A DNA stretch of 64,000 bases, taken from Rhodocyclales bacterium (lineage in GTDB: Bacteria; Pseudomonadota; Gammaproteobacteria; Burkholderiales; Rhodocyclaceae). The stretch spans positions 154,550-218,549 of the forward strand of contig JACRPA010000010.1 of the NCBI GenBank assembly GCA_016214145.1, given 5' to 3'. Each line of letters opens with the position of its first letter. Within the stretch, counting starts at the first letter, position 1. Of this stretch, positions 42,284 through 56,587 are shown piece by piece. Position numbers and translations under genes: made by a program. The notes under the pieces were generated by a model that worked only from the letters and a program-made list of their open reading frames with translations, was not told the origin of the DNA and searched no databases.

Positions 42284-42636
42284 TGGGCCAGGCGAGCAAA
42301 CAACTCTTCAATTTCTCCCCGCAAGGCCTGCCGATCGGGTGTGTCCATGCGGGCCGAAACGCGCACCACAATGTCGTGTTGCGGAAGTTTCGTGCGGGAC
42401 AGGCGGAAGGATTCTCGCACAATGCGTCTGACCAGATTGCGATTCACCGCAGAACGGACAAACTTTTTTGCTATGACCAAGCCAAGCCTGGCCGTGGCAG
42501 CCGAATTCGGGCGGTGGAGCATATCGAAGTGCTTGCCGCGGAGGACCCTTCGTAAAGCAAAAACGGATGAGAACTCATCCGTTTTGCGTAACCGATGCTC
42601 GCCGCGGTAGCCGTTGTCGACGTCCGCCGCCGCCAC
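42280..42636 (-). CDS. rnpA: RNase P protein component
   Basis: Conserved core [29 protein letters not shown]. The start is set at GTG 42636, one nt after the rpmH stop; the track ORF extends to 42726, overlapping rpmH. Confidence 0.85.
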   Translation of the reverse strand: MAAADVDNGYRGEHRLRKTDEFSSVFALRRVLRGKHFDMLHRPNSAATARLGLVIAKKFVRSAVNRNLVRRIVRESFRLSRTKLPQHDIVVRVSARMDTPDRQALRGEIEELFARLAQ

Positions 42637-42637
42637 T

Positions 42638-42772
42638 TCAAACGCCGAGACGGGCGCGTCCCTTGGCGCGGCGTGCGCGGATAACGGCACGCCCACCGCG
42701 CGTACGCATGCGAACGAGGAAACCATGGGTGCGTTTGCGCCGGATTACGGAAGGTTGGTATGTGCGTTTCAT
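42638..42772 (-). CDS. rpmH: 50S ribosomal protein L34
   Basis: Not in the ORF track (44 aa). My translation of the minus strand gives [44 protein letters not shown]. Confidence 0.95.
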   Translation of the reverse strand: MKRTYQPSVIRRKRTHGFLVRMRTRGGRAVIRARRAKGRARLGV

Positions 42773-42853
42773 GGCTGCCGTCTGTGCAAGAAGAGAAACA
42801 TGTAATTACATCTTTTCATCATTTATTTGTCAAGTCCATTTTTTTTGCCGGCC

Positions 42854-42862
42854 TGTGGATAA
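42854..42862 (-). promoter_or_regulatory. Perfect DnaA box (TTATCCACA on the minus strand) in the rpmH-dnaA spacer
   Basis: TGTGGATAA is read directly. An A+T-rich run (about 42930-42968) follows. Confidence 0.7.
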
Positions 42863-43022
42863 CTCTCGCGGAATGGCGCTAGAATTCGCCTCTCGATGTT
42901 CGCAGCAAGATCCGGTTCGGACGGCGATTTATACAAAAATAATAATAATAATCAAATAATTATCTTAACTTCGCGGATAACAGACGTTCACCATGCACAT
43001 GCATGCTGACGGATCATTAAGA

Positions 43023-44408
43023 ATGAATGCATTTTGGTCCTCTTGTCTCCAGCAACTGGAGCAGGAACTTCCACCCCAACAATTCAATACCTGGATCAAG
43101 GCGCTACGCCTCGAGAATGGTGACGAATCCAACCAGGGGCTGAAACTCGTCGCCCCCAATCGCTTTGTCCTGCAATGGGTGCGTGAGCGTTATTTGCGCC
43201 GTCTTGAGGATATGGCCAAGCAGTTTTTTGCGGAGCCCGTGCAGATATCCATCAATCTGCCCGATCCGTCCGATGTCGAGCACATCGCAGCTTTACCAAC
43301 GGTGGCGACAAACAAGAATGTTGTTATCAACAGCGCAACAACTTCCGTTGCCGCCTTTTCGACCGCCAGTCCCGATGCGATTTATGAGAAAACCCGGCTG
43401 AACACAACATTCACTTTCGACACCCTGGTGACCGGTCGCGCCAACGACCTGGCCCGCGCAGCCGCCTATCAGGTGGCATTGAATCCAGGCACTTCCTACA
43501 ATCCCCTGTTCGTTTATGGCGGCGTCGGACTCGGGAAAACCCACCTGATCCATGCGCTCGGCAATGAAGTCTATCGACAAAACCCCGACAAGGTAATCCG
43601 CTACGTCCATGCCGAGGACTACTATGCCGATGTCGTGCGTGCTTATCAGCAAAAGTCTTTCGATGTATTCAAGCGCTATTACCGCTCGCTGGACCTGCTG
43701 CTGATCGACGACATCCAGTTTTTCAACAACAAGAATCGCACGCAGGAAGAGTTTTTCTACGCCTTTAACGCATTGATCGAAGCCAAGAAACAAATTGTCA
43801 TCACCTGCGACACTTATCCGAAGGACATTACCGGACTGGAAGATCGGCTGATTTCAAGATTTGACTGGGGCTTGACGGTGGCCATCGAGCCGCCCGAGCT
43901 GGAAATGCGTGTCGCCATTTTGAAGAAAAAAGCCGAAGCAGAACGAATCGAAGTCAGCGAAGACGTTGCTTTCCTGATTGCCAAGCATTTGCGTTCCAAC
44001 GTAAGGGAACTGGAAGGCGCTTTAAAGAAAGTACTGGCTTTCGCACGTTTCCATGGTCGAGAAATAAACCTGGAAGTAGCCAAGGAAGCACTCAAGGATC
44101 TTCTCGGTGCCCACAACCGCCAGATAACCTTCGAGTCAATTCAGAAAACCGTAGCTGAGTACTACAAAATCAAGGTTTCCGACATGCACTCGAAAAAGCG
44201 GACGCGGATCGTAGCCCGTCCCCGCCAAGTCGCCATGTGGTTGGCCAAGGAACTGACGCCGGCAAGCCTGCCTGCAATTGGTGAAGCCTTCGGCGGCCGC
44301 GACCACACCACTGTGCTGCACGCCTGTCGCACCATTTCCGATCTTCGCCTGAAGGACACAACAATAAATCATGATTTATTGGTTCTTACCCAGGTTTTGA
44401 AAGGCTGA
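43023..44408 (+). CDS. dnaA: Chromosomal replication initiator DnaA
   Basis: N-terminus [31 protein letters not shown]+ motif [10 protein letters not shown], and a C-terminal DNA-binding domain. The track ORF starts at 42993. Confidence 0.97.
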   Translation: MNAFWSSCLQQLEQELPPQQFNTWIKALRLENGDESNQGLKLVAPNRFVLQWVRERYLRRLEDMAKQFFAEPVQISINLPDPSDVEHIAALPTVATNKNVVINSATTSVAAFSTASPDAIYEKTRLNTTFTFDTLVTGRANDLARAAAYQVALNPGTSYNPLFVYGGVGLGKTHLIHALGNEVYRQNPDKVIRYVHAEDYYADVVRAYQQKSFDVFKRYYRSLDLLLIDDIQFFNNKNRTQEEFFYAFNALIEAKKQIVITCDTYPKDITGLEDRLISRFDWGLTVAIEPPELEMRVAILKKKAEAERIEVSEDVAFLIAKHLRSNVRELEGALKKVLAFARFHGREINLEVAKEALKDLLGAHNRQITFESIQKTVAEYYKIKVSDMHSKKRTRIVARPRQVAMWLAKELTPASLPAIGEAFGGRDHTTVLHACRTISDLRLKDTTINHDLLVLTQVLKG

Positions 44409-44599
44409 ATAACTAAATGATGATTTGTGGATAACTGCCAAAAAACGATTGTGGATAATATTTACCAACAATTACCACACAAGTATCCGATGGACTTATC
44501 CCAATCCTTATAAACATAACAACTATTTGATTAATATTATTTTTTATATGTTTTCCACAGAAATGGCCGGTGTACTAATTACTAGTTGGAGATTTATAT
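44409..44599. other. Candidate oriC / DnaA-box cluster in the dnaA-dnaN spacer
   Basis: Perfect boxes TGTGGATAA at 44426-44434 and 44450-44458. Near-boxes TTTTCCACA at 44551-44559 and CTTATCCCA at 44495-44503. A strongly A+T-rich stretch spans about 44505-44552. Confidence 0.55.
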
Positions 44600-48147
<3,548 letters not shown>

Positions 48148-48159
48148 GAAAGCAGGCAC

Positions 48160-48798
48160 TTGCAGTTCCGCGTCATTCCCGTCACGCCCTTCCAGCAGAA
48201 TTGCTCGCTGCTGTGGTGCGAGCAGACAATGAAGGCGGCCGTGGTTGATCCTGGCGGCGACCTAGATGCCATCCAGTCGGCCGTTGTCCGCTTCGGCGTC
48301 GAGGTGGAAAAGATTCTTCTCACCCACGGCCATATCGACCATGCCGGCGGCACGGCCGAACTGAAGCGAAGGCTCGGGGTGCCCGTCGAAGGCCCCCAGC
48401 GCGAGGAATCGTTCTGGATCGATCAACTGCCGCAACAGAGCCAGATGTTCGGTTTTCCGCGCGCCGAGGCTTTTATGCCGGACCGCTGGCTTGAAGATGG
48501 CGATGTAGTGACTTTCGGGCGGGTGACGCTGGAAGTGATCCATACGCCCGGCCACACGCCGGGGCATGTCGTATTCTTCGACCGGGCATCGAAGATCGCA
48601 GTGGTCGGCGATGTGCTGTTTCAGGGCTCGATCGGCCGCACGGATTTTCCGCGCGGCGATTACGACACGCTAATTCGTTCGATCCGGGAAAAATTGTGGC
48701 CGCTTGGCAACGACGTGACATTCATCCCTGGCCACGGACCGTTGTCGACTTTCGGCGACGAACGGGAGAGCAATCCCTTCGTCGGCGACTTCGTCTAA
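48160..48798 (+). CDS. MBL-fold metallo-hydrolase (YcbL/GloB-like)
   Basis: 212 aa with the THGHIDHAGG motif. Confidence 0.85.
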   Translation: MQFRVIPVTPFQQNCSLLWCEQTMKAAVVDPGGDLDAIQSAVVRFGVEVEKILLTHGHIDHAGGTAELKRRLGVPVEGPQREESFWIDQLPQQSQMFGFPRAEAFMPDRWLEDGDVVTFGRVTLEVIHTPGHTPGHVVFFDRASKIAVVGDVLFQGSIGRTDFPRGDYDTLIRSIREKLWPLGNDVTFIPGHGPLSTFGDERESNPFVGDFV

Positions 48799-48823
48799 TG
48801 CCCGCCCCTTTGTTTCCAAGGGC

Positions 48824-51358
48824 TTAGGATTTTTTGGTAGTTTTCTTCTTGGCGGGTGCTTTTGCCGCGGTTTTGGCTTTGGTTGTCTCTTCGGCGGCCT
48901 TCTTCGCACCGGCTTTCGGCGCTCGCGGCTCGAACTCGAAACCAACCTTGCCGTCGTCGCCCCTGACCAGATAGGCGGAGAACTTGCGCTTGGTGCGCGC
49001 GGAGATGAAGCCGCGCAGCAGGTCGGTACGGCCGCTGGCAAGCAGCTTGGTCATCTGGGCTCGCTCGACCGGCTGCTGCAGGATGATCTTGCCGGAGCGG
49101 AAATCGCAGGTTTTCGCCGTGCCGACCGCCTTTTCGCAAACATAGGCCATGCCGTGCTCGTAGACTGACGCGCCGCACTTCGGACATTTGCCTAGCGTTT
49201 CCTGACCGCTGAAGTCCACGGTTTCCGCTTCGCCTTCGCCCGACCCGCCCTGGCCGAAGTCGAATTCCGGCTGGTGTTCGGCGTTGAGGCGGATCATGGC
49301 GGCGAACGGCCGCCCCATCTTGCTGCGAAAGCCTTGCAGCGGACCGACCACGCGCCTGGTCAGCAGCTCCTCGATTTCCTCCGGCTCGTACTGACGGCCG
49401 GCGACAACCTTCCACAGCGCATAGTCGCACTTCTTGCACTGGAACTTCTTGTAATTTTCCTGGACCACTCCGCCGCACATCGGGCAGGGGCTTGAAAGGG
49501 TGCTGAAAACCTCCTCGGGGATCTCGCCGTGCTTGATGCGGTCCACCATCTCGCGCGTCTGCCCGACGATATGATCCATGAACTCGTCGCGATCGAGCTC
49601 ACCCTGCTCCATCTGCTTCAGCTTGAATTCCCAGTGGCCGGTCAGTTCGGGTGAATGCAGCTCATCGATGCCAAGGGTGGATAGGGCGACCAGCAGGGAG
49701 GATGCCTTGGCGGTCGGCTGCAGCTCACGGCCGTTGCGGTGCACGTATTCCTCATAAATGAGTCCCTCGATGGTGGCGGCGCGGGTGGCCGGCGTACCGA
49801 GGCCGCGAGCCGACATGGCTTCGCGCAACTCCTCTTCCTCGATCAGCTTGCCGGCGCCTTCCATTGCCGTGAGCAGCGTCGCTTCGGTAAAGCGCGCCGG
49901 CGGCTTGGTCTGGGTCGCCTTGACCTCGATATCGTTTGCCCAGACGCGCTCCTTGGGCTGCACCGGCGCCAATTGCGGCGACTCGTCTTCGCCCTGCGCT
50001 TCCTTGCCGTAGATGACGAGCCAGCCGGCCGATACCAGTACCTTTCCTTCCGATTTGAAGGCCTCGCCTTCAACGCGGGTGACGCGCGTCGTCACGTTGT
50101 ATTCCGCCGCCGGGAAGAAAATTGCGAGGAAGCGCTTGGTGACGAGGTCGTAGAGCTTCTGTTCCGCGTCGGAGAGATTCTTCGGCGCTGTCCCGGTCGG
50201 GATGATGGCGAAGTGGTCGGAAACCTTGGCGTTGTTGAAGATGCGCTTGTTGGGATGCGCCCAGCCGCTCTTGAGAATCTGGCCGGCGAAAACCGCATAG
50301 GGCGTGCCGGAAAAGCCTTTCAACGTCTCCTTCACCGTACCGATGTAGTCTTCCGGCAGGTAGTGCGAATCGGTACGCGGATAAGTCAGCGCCTTGTGCT
50401 TTTCGTAGAGTGCCTGCGCCAGTGACAGCGTGGTCTTGGCGGAAAAACCGAAGCGGCCATTGGCTTCGCGCTGCAGGGAGGTGAGATCGAACAGCAGCGG
50501 AGAGAGCTGCGTCGTCGGCTTGCTTTCTTCCTCCGCTATGCCGTGCTTGCCGAGGCACTGCTTGCGGATGGCCTCGGCGCGCTTGATGTCCCACAGGCGT
50601 TCGGGTTTGGCGTGCTCATCCTCGGACTTGACGAATTTTTCATCGAACCAGCGGCCGCGATAGCTGCCGGCGACGGCGGCGAATTCCGCTTCCACCTCCC
50701 AGTAGTCGCGCGGCCGGAAGGCGCGGATGCGTTCCTCACGCTCAACCAGGATGGCCAGGGTCGGCGTCTGCACGCGGCCGACCGGCGTTTTGTGGAAGCC
50801 GCCTTCCCGAGAATTGAAGGCGGTCATGGCGCGCGTACCGTTGATGCCGATCAGCCAGTCGGCTTCGGAGCGGCAGCGCGCGGCATCCGCCAGCGGCCGC
50901 ATCTCCTTGTCCGTGCGCAGGTGGGCAAAACCCTCGCGGATGGCGCCCTGGGTCATCGACTGCAGCCAGAGGCGGCGCACCGGCTTGTCCGTCTTGGCGT
51001 GCTGCACCAGGTAGCGGAAGATCAGTTCGCCCTCGCGCCCCGCGTCGCAGGCGTTGATGAGTCCGCTGACGTCCTTGCGTTTCATCAGCCGCGTCAGGAG
51101 CTTGAGGCGATCCTCGGTCTTCTCGATCGGGTTGAGTGCGAAATGCGGCGGAATCACCGGCAAGTGGGCGAAGGACCACTTGCCGCGCTTGACTTCGTAT
51201 TCCTCCGGCACGGTCAGTTCGAGCAGATGGCCGATGGCCGACGACAGCACGTAGTCGTCGCTCTCGAAATACTCGCCCTGCTTGCTGAAGCCGCCCAGCG
51301 CCTTGGCGATGTCCTGGGCGACCGAGGGTTTCTCGGCAATGATCAGTTGTTTGCTCAT
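48824..51358 (-). CDS. topB: DNA topoisomerase III with C-terminal zinc-ribbon repeats and a Lys/Ala-rich tail
   Basis: IIAEKPSVAQDIA, AIGHLLEL and DAGREGELIF are type IA / topo III-like motifs. Several CxxC...CxxC pairs occur in the C-terminal third. Confidence 0.88.
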   Translation of the reverse strand: MSKQLIIAEKPSVAQDIAKALGGFSKQGEYFESDDYVLSSAIGHLLELTVPEEYEVKRGKWSFAHLPVIPPHFALNPIEKTEDRLKLLTRLMKRKDVSGLINACDAGREGELIFRYLVQHAKTDKPVRRLWLQSMTQGAIREGFAHLRTDKEMRPLADAARCRSEADWLIGINGTRAMTAFNSREGGFHKTPVGRVQTPTLAILVEREERIRAFRPRDYWEVEAEFAAVAGSYRGRWFDEKFVKSEDEHAKPERLWDIKRAEAIRKQCLGKHGIAEEESKPTTQLSPLLFDLTSLQREANGRFGFSAKTTLSLAQALYEKHKALTYPRTDSHYLPEDYIGTVKETLKGFSGTPYAVFAGQILKSGWAHPNKRIFNNAKVSDHFAIIPTGTAPKNLSDAEQKLYDLVTKRFLAIFFPAAEYNVTTRVTRVEGEAFKSEGKVLVSAGWLVIYGKEAQGEDESPQLAPVQPKERVWANDIEVKATQTKPPARFTEATLLTAMEGAGKLIEEEELREAMSARGLGTPATRAATIEGLIYEEYVHRNGRELQPTAKASSLLVALSTLGIDELHSPELTGHWEFKLKQMEQGELDRDEFMDHIVGQTREMVDRIKHGEIPEEVFSTLSSPCPMCGGVVQENYKKFQCKKCDYALWKVVAGRQYEPEEIEELLTRRVVGPLQGFRSKMGRPFAAMIRLNAEHQPEFDFGQGGSGEGEAETVDFSGQETLGKCPKCGASVYEHGMAYVCEKAVGTAKTCDFRSGKIILQQPVERAQMTKLLASGRTDLLRGFISARTKRKFSAYLVRGDDGKVGFEFEPRAPKAGAKKAAEETTKAKTAAKAPAKKKTTKKS

Positions 51359-51455
51359 GCGGTCCGGCGGCGCGCGTTGGCGCAGCCGTCAATGCGTTGA
51401 AAGGGCGGGATGATAAGGACTGCGGCGCGGACTGGCAAGCCGGAACGATGCGCGC

Positions 51456-51914
51456 TCAATGCAGGTAGCGTGCATCGTTGCCCGATAGCAGCTCTTCCAG
51501 GATCAGGGTGTCCATCGCCTGGTGCTGGTTCCACAGCACCATCAGAACAATGATTTTCAGCCTGGACAGGGACACCGAATGGTCGGACAGGGCCATCGCC
51601 CGTTCGAGGATCAGTTCGCGCGTAAGCGGATTCAGCACCCCGGCGCTTTCCAGGAAGGCCAGAAAGCCGCGGCACTCCGTGTCGAGCTTGGCAATTTCCT
51701 CCGGGCCGAAGCAGCGCACCGAGTCGTTGTCGGCGGCGATCGCGGGCAGGCTGTCGGTACCCGCCTCCTGCAGGCCGTCAAGCCATTGCAGGGCTTCGCT
51801 GATTTCTTCGTCCTCAAAGCCGGCGGCGGAAAGCTTCAAGGCGAGTTGCTCGGGTTCGGGATAGGCGTCGGCGTGGAAAAAGTTTTCGAAGAGATATACG
51901 AGTATGTCGAACAT
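51456..51914 (-). CDS. smg: Smg protein (DUF494)
   Basis: Start at MFDILVYLFENFFHADAYPEPEQLALKLSAAGFEDEEI (ATG 51914); downstream of dprA. Confidence 0.9.
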   Translation of the reverse strand: MFDILVYLFENFFHADAYPEPEQLALKLSAAGFEDEEISEALQWLDGLQEAGTDSLPAIAADNDSVRCFGPEEIAKLDTECRGFLAFLESAGVLNPLTRELILERAMALSDHSVSLSRLKIIVLMVLWNQHQAMDTLILEELLSGNDARYLH

Positions 51915-51934
51915 GGCGGCGTCGTGTCGTCTGT

Positions 51935-53023
51935 TCATGGGCCGATGCGCTGGAACCTTCCTCCCGGCAGATTGGCGACCCGGCCGTCCAGTTCCATTTG
52001 CAACAGGATGGCGTATAGCCTCTCGGTCGTCAAGCCGGATCGCAACGCCAGCGTGTCCATATCGCAAGGATCAAAGCCGATGCAGTCGAGCAGCCTGGCT
52101 GTTTCGGCCGTGGCAACGGACACAGCGGCCACAGCCTTGTCGTCGGCCGTAGCCAGGCCCAGTTCGTCCAGAATGTCGCGCGCATCGTCCACCAGCTTGG
52201 CGCCTTGCTTGATCAGCTTGTGGCAGCCCTTCGACAAGGGGGAGTGGATCGAACCGGGAATGGCGAAAACGTCGCGCCCCTGTTCGCCGGCCAGCCTGGC
52301 CGTGATGAGCGACCCGCTGCGTTCCGCCGCCTCCACCACCAGGCAGCCGCGTGCCAGACCCGAAATGATGCGGTTGCGGCGCGGGAAGTTCTCTCTCAGC
52401 GCCGGCGTGCCGAGCGGGAATTCGCTGACAATGGCACCGTTTGCCGCGATGTCGCGCGCCAGCGCCTGATTGCGCGCCGGGTAGACGCGATCGATCCCGG
52501 TGCCGATCACGGCGATGGTCGAGCCCTTGCCGCGCAGGCCGCCGCGGTGCGCCGCCGCATCGATGCCGAGCGCCAGGCCGCTGATAATGGTCAGCCCGGC
52601 ATCGGCCAGGGCGGCGGCAAAGGCCTCCGCATTGGATTCGCCCTGGGGCGTGGCATTGCGCGAGCCGACGATGGCCAAGGCGGGGGCATTGAGCAATTCG
52701 GTGCGGCCTTTTACATACAGCACGGTGGGCGGATCGGGCGCATCGAGCAGGCGTTGCGGATAGGCCGCATCGGCCAGGGTCAGCATGGTGTTGTCCGGCT
52801 CGGCGGCCCAGGCGAGTGCCGCGTCAATCTCTTCTTGGGAGTCGTGCGACAGCAGTTGCTCCGCTTGCCTGAGCGGGATCGTGCGCGCCAGCGTTGCGGC
52901 GCTGGCGGCAAAAATCTGATCGGGAAGACCGAATGCGGAGAGTAGCTTGCGTTGCGTCTCGCCGCCGATGCCCGGCGCGAGGGTCAGGCGCAGCCAGTCG
53001 GCGAGTTCGCTGGCACCCGGCAC
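51935..53023 (-). CDS. dprA: DNA processing protein DprA (Smf)
   Basis: 362 aa with a Rossmann-like core LAIVGSRNATPQG...VISGLALGIDAAAHRGGL. Confidence 0.93.
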   Translation of the reverse strand: MPGASELADWLRLTLAPGIGGETQRKLLSAFGLPDQIFAASAATLARTIPLRQAEQLLSHDSQEEIDAALAWAAEPDNTMLTLADAAYPQRLLDAPDPPTVLYVKGRTELLNAPALAIVGSRNATPQGESNAEAFAAALADAGLTIISGLALGIDAAAHRGGLRGKGSTIAVIGTGIDRVYPARNQALARDIAANGAIVSEFPLGTPALRENFPRRNRIISGLARGCLVVEAAERSGSLITARLAGEQGRDVFAIPGSIHSPLSKGCHKLIKQGAKLVDDARDILDELGLATADDKAVAAVSVATAETARLLDCIGFDPCDMDTLALRSGLTTERLYAILLQMELDGRVANLPGGRFQRIGP

Positions 53024-54040
53024 TTATGGCGTGCGAACGATATCGGTAACCACCACCGGGCGCGTGACGTCCATCACCAGCGCGTAGGAAATGCGGTCGA
53101 AGACGCGGAAGACGAACACCAGGCCATAGCGTTCGGGCGGCAGCTTGATATTGGTTGTTTCGTTGCCGTCGCGGTACAGGCGCTCGCCGCCATTGCGATA
53201 GATGGCCAGAACATGGCCGACTTCGACCCCCTCCCGCTTGCCGCGATTCAGCGTCACGATGGAGTGGCGTCCGGTTTCCTGCACGCCGCCGTAGATTGCC
53301 GCGACCTGACCCTGGATTTGCCTGGTCGGCACGTGCGGGGCGTAACTGATGATTTCCGCGCGCGCTGCCGGCATCAGCCGGTCATTGATGCCGATTTCCT
53401 GGATGGCGGTGGCGATGTTTACCGTGGCCGGTTCGCCTTCGGCGACCAGGGTGGCGGTGCCAAGATAGAACGCCTCGTGTCCGATGGCTTCCTTGGTTTC
53501 AGGATCGATGACCGGCTTGGTCGGCCGGTATACCTGCCACAGCTTGGCATTCCCCTTCAGCCCGCTCACGTAGACGCGGCCGCCGGGGCCGATATAGACG
53601 CGGTCTTCCTGTGTGGCGACGATTTTCGGCGCGTCCTTCAGTCCGTCTTCCTCCAGCACTTGCGGCCTGGACAGGAAGGGTTCGATGACATTCTGCGGAA
53701 TGCTCGGAATCGCCTGAGAAAGCTGTTCCGAATGGACCTTGGGCTGGACTTTGACGGTTTCCAGCCGCAACTGCGGATCAGTGCCGCTCCGGTCGAGGAC
53801 CAGCACTTGGCCGGGGTAGATGCGGTGCGGGTTCTTTACCTGCTCCTTGTTCATGCGCCAGAGTTCCGGCCAGCGATAGGGTTCCTTGAGGAACTTGCCG
53901 GAAATGCCCCATAGCGTGTCGCCCGGTACGACGATGTGACGGTCGGGGGCGTTGTCGGCCAATTGGAGCGGCTTGACGTCCTGCGCCAGCGCGCAGACGG
54001 TTGAGAAACTCAGAAACAGCGCAGATATAATGCGAATCAT
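53024..54040 (-). CDS. LysM-domain periplasmic protein
   Basis: Start at MIRIISALFLSFSTVCALA (signal peptide). LysM motif HIVVPGDTLWGISGKFL...YPGQVLVL. Confidence 0.85.
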   Translation of the reverse strand: MIRIISALFLSFSTVCALAQDVKPLQLADNAPDRHIVVPGDTLWGISGKFLKEPYRWPELWRMNKEQVKNPHRIYPGQVLVLDRSGTDPQLRLETVKVQPKVHSEQLSQAIPSIPQNVIEPFLSRPQVLEEDGLKDAPKIVATQEDRVYIGPGGRVYVSGLKGNAKLWQVYRPTKPVIDPETKEAIGHEAFYLGTATLVAEGEPATVNIATAIQEIGINDRLMPAARAEIISYAPHVPTRQIQGQVAAIYGGVQETGRHSIVTLNRGKREGVEVGHVLAIYRNGGERLYRDGNETTNIKLPPERYGLVFVFRVFDRISYALVMDVTRPVVVTDIVRTP

Positions 54041-54168
54041 CGTGTTGGCCTCGCGCAAGGTTCCCGAGCCTGGGACCCGGATCCTTGTCGAAGTCTAGCA
54101 TGCTAGCTTCGACTTTTACAGGTTTGCATTAATTGTCGCACCTAATTGCCTAAATCGGCAAGCTTTTT

Positions 54169-54672
54169 ATGGCCCTCTTACCCATCCTTCGCTATCCGGA
54201 TCCCCGCCTGCACAAGAAAGCTGCCCCGGTGGAGCGGGTCGATGAATCCGTCCGCAAGCTGATCGCCGACATGGCGGAGACCATGTACGAGGCGCCTGGC
54301 ATTGGTTTGGCCGCCACCCAGGTGGATGTGCATAAGCGGATTATCGTCATCGATGTTTCCGAGGACAAGTCGACATTGCTCGCCTTCATCAACCCCGAGA
54401 TTCTCGAAAGCGCCGGTGAACAGGTCTGCGAGGAGGGCTGCCTGTCCGTGCCCGGCATCTACGAGAAAGTCACCCGCAGCGAACGCGTCAAGGTGCGCGC
54501 CCTCGATCCGCAGGGTGCGCCCTTCACGCTGGAAGCCGAAGGCTTGCTGGCGGTGTGCATCCAGCACGAGATCGACCACCTCGAAGGCAAGGTCTTCGTC
54601 GAGCATCTCTCGCAGCTCAAGCAAGGCCGCATCAAGGCGAGGCTGGCCAAGCAGGCGCGCATAACCGCCTGA
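54169..54672 (+). CDS. def: Peptide deformylase
   Basis: 167 aa with the motifs [14 protein letters not shown] and QHEIDHL. Confidence 0.97.
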   Translation: MALLPILRYPDPRLHKKAAPVERVDESVRKLIADMAETMYEAPGIGLAATQVDVHKRIIVIDVSEDKSTLLAFINPEILESAGEQVCEEGCLSVPGIYEKVTRSERVKVRALDPQGAPFTLEAEGLLAVCIQHEIDHLEGKVFVEHLSQLKQGRIKARLAKQARITA

Positions 54673-55607
54673 TGCGCCTCATCTTCGCCGGCACGCCGGA
54701 TTTCGCTGCAGCGGCCCTGCAAGCCTTGTTGGCTGCCGGCCATCCTGTGCCGTTAGTGCTCACTCAGCCGGATCGTCCTGCAGGGCGCGGCATGGTCCTG
54801 CAGGCCAGTCCGGTGAAACAGCTTGCCCTGAAGCACGGTTTGCCGCTGCACCAGCCGCCTTCCCTCAAGTCCGAGGAAGCGCGCCAGCCGATCATCGAGG
54901 CCCGGCCGGACGTCATGGTGGTGGCGGCCTATGGCCTCATCCTGCCGCAGGCGGCCCTCGACATTCCGCGCCTGGGCTGCCTCAACATTCATGCCTCCCT
55001 GTTGCCGCGCTGGCGCGGCGCGGCACCGATCCAGCGCGCCATCCTGGCCGGCGATGCCGAAACCGGCGTTACCATCATGAGGATGGAAGCCGGTCTCGAC
55101 ACCGGCCCGATGCTGCTCAAGGAAAGCCTGCCCATCGCGGATACTGAAACGGCCGACAGCCTGCACGACAAGCTGGCGACACTCGGCGCACGCCTGATCG
55201 TAGCGGCCCTTCCCAAATTGGAGCGGGGGGAGCTGCACGGAGAACTTCAGCCTGCGGAAGGGGTTACATACGCCGCCAAGCTGGAAAAGGCCGAAGCTGC
55301 GCTCGACTGGCGCCAGTCGGCCCTGCTGCTGGACCGTGCGATACGCGCTTTCAACCCTTTTCCCGGTGCGACGGCTCAGATTGAAGGCCAAGCCATCAAA
55401 ATCTGGAGCGCAAAACCGATTTCGGCAACAGGCGAACCAGGCTGCATTCTGGCTACCGGCAGCGAGGGCATCGTCGTGGCCTGCGGCGAAGGCGCGTTGC
55501 GCCTGACCGAATTGCAGAAGGCCGGCGGCAAGCGCCTGCCGGCGGCCGATTTCCTGCGCGGATTCACCCTCAAGCCCGGGCAGCGTTTCGCCCTGGCGGC
55601 GGATTGA
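54672..55607 (+). CDS. fmt: Methionyl-tRNA formyltransferase
   Basis: Start at [13 protein letters not shown] (ATG 54672, overlapping the def stop), plus the motif [20 protein letters not shown]. Confidence 0.96.
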   Translation: MRLIFAGTPDFAAAALQALLAAGHPVPLVLTQPDRPAGRGMVLQASPVKQLALKHGLPLHQPPSLKSEEARQPIIEARPDVMVVAAYGLILPQAALDIPRLGCLNIHASLLPRWRGAAPIQRAILAGDAETGVTIMRMEAGLDTGPMLLKESLPIADTETADSLHDKLATLGARLIVAALPKLERGELHGELQPAEGVTYAAKLEKAEAALDWRQSALLLDRAIRAFNPFPGATAQIEGQAIKIWSAKPISATGEPGCILATGSEGIVVACGEGALRLTELQKAGGKRLPAADFLRGFTLKPGQRFALAAD

Positions 55608-55664
55608 ATTTTTCCGCGCCTCCCCCATCTAACTTTTGCGTTTCATCACTGGAGACAAGAACCT

Positions 55665-56501
55665 ATGTTCGGCAACTGGCTGAAAACCATGATCCTCATG
55701 GCTGGCATCCTGGCGCTGTTCGCTGCCGTCGGCGGCGCCATCGGCGGCGCGCAGGGCATGCTGATCGCCTTCCTGCTCGGCGCGGGCATGAACTTCTTCG
55801 CCTACTGGTTTTCCGACAAGATGGTGCTGCGCATGTACAACGCGCAGGAAGTCGACGAGGCCTCCTCGCCCTATCTCTACAACTTGGTGAAGGAACTCGC
55901 CCAGCGGGCGCAGATTCCCATGCCGCGCGTCTATATCATCGACGAGGCGCAGCCCAACGCCTTCGCCACCGGCCGCAATCCGGATCATGCCGCGGTGGCG
56001 GCCACCACCGGCATCCTGCAGATGCTTTCGGCGCGCGAGCTGCGCGGCGTCATGGCGCATGAGCTGACGCACGTCAAGCATCGCGACATCCTCATCTCGA
56101 CGATTTCCGCCACTGTCGCCGGTGCGATTTCATTCATCGCCCAGTTCGGCATGCTGTTCGGCGGTTCGCGCGACGATCGGCCAAACCCCATCGTCTCCAT
56201 CATCGTCATGATCCTGGCGCCGATCGCCGCCATGCTGATCCAGATGGCCATCTCGCGCGCCCGCGAGTTCGAGGCCGATCGCGGCGGCGCCGAGATTTCC
56301 GGCGATCCCCACGCGCTGGCCGACGCGCTGGCGAAGATCGACGCCTACGCCCGCGGCATTCCCATGCAGACGGCCGAGGCGCATCCCGAGACGGCGCAGA
56401 TGATGATCATGAACCCGCTTTCGGGCGGCGGCATCCGCGGATTGTTTTCCACCCATCCGGCGACGGAAGAGCGCATCGGGCGCCTGCGCGCGATGGCCTG
56501 A
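55665..56501 (+). CDS. htpX: Zinc metalloprotease HtpX
   Basis: 278 aa with TM helices and the HELTH zinc motif ([12 protein letters not shown]). Confidence 0.93.
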   Translation: MFGNWLKTMILMAGILALFAAVGGAIGGAQGMLIAFLLGAGMNFFAYWFSDKMVLRMYNAQEVDEASSPYLYNLVKELAQRAQIPMPRVYIIDEAQPNAFATGRNPDHAAVAATTGILQMLSARELRGVMAHELTHVKHRDILISTISATVAGAISFIAQFGMLFGGSRDDRPNPIVSIIVMILAPIAAMLIQMAISRAREFEADRGGAEISGDPHALADALAKIDAYARGIPMQTAEAHPETAQMMIMNPLSGGGIRGLFSTHPATEERIGRLRAMA

Positions 56502-56507
56502 TGCGGT

Positions 56508-56587
56508 GTACGTCGGCCTGAAGGCCGATGACCGAAGGAAATCCCTGTGGGACAGCGGCGGCAGAGTCGGGCTGAAGCCCGACCTAC
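56508..56587. repeat. REP-like pair (degenerate unit GTACGTCGGCCTGAAGGCCGATGAC plus exact unit GTCGGGCTGAAGCCCGACCTAC)
   Basis: Unit 56566-56587 is identical to 2710-2731 and overlaps the ACP stop codon by 4 nt. Confidence 0.8.
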
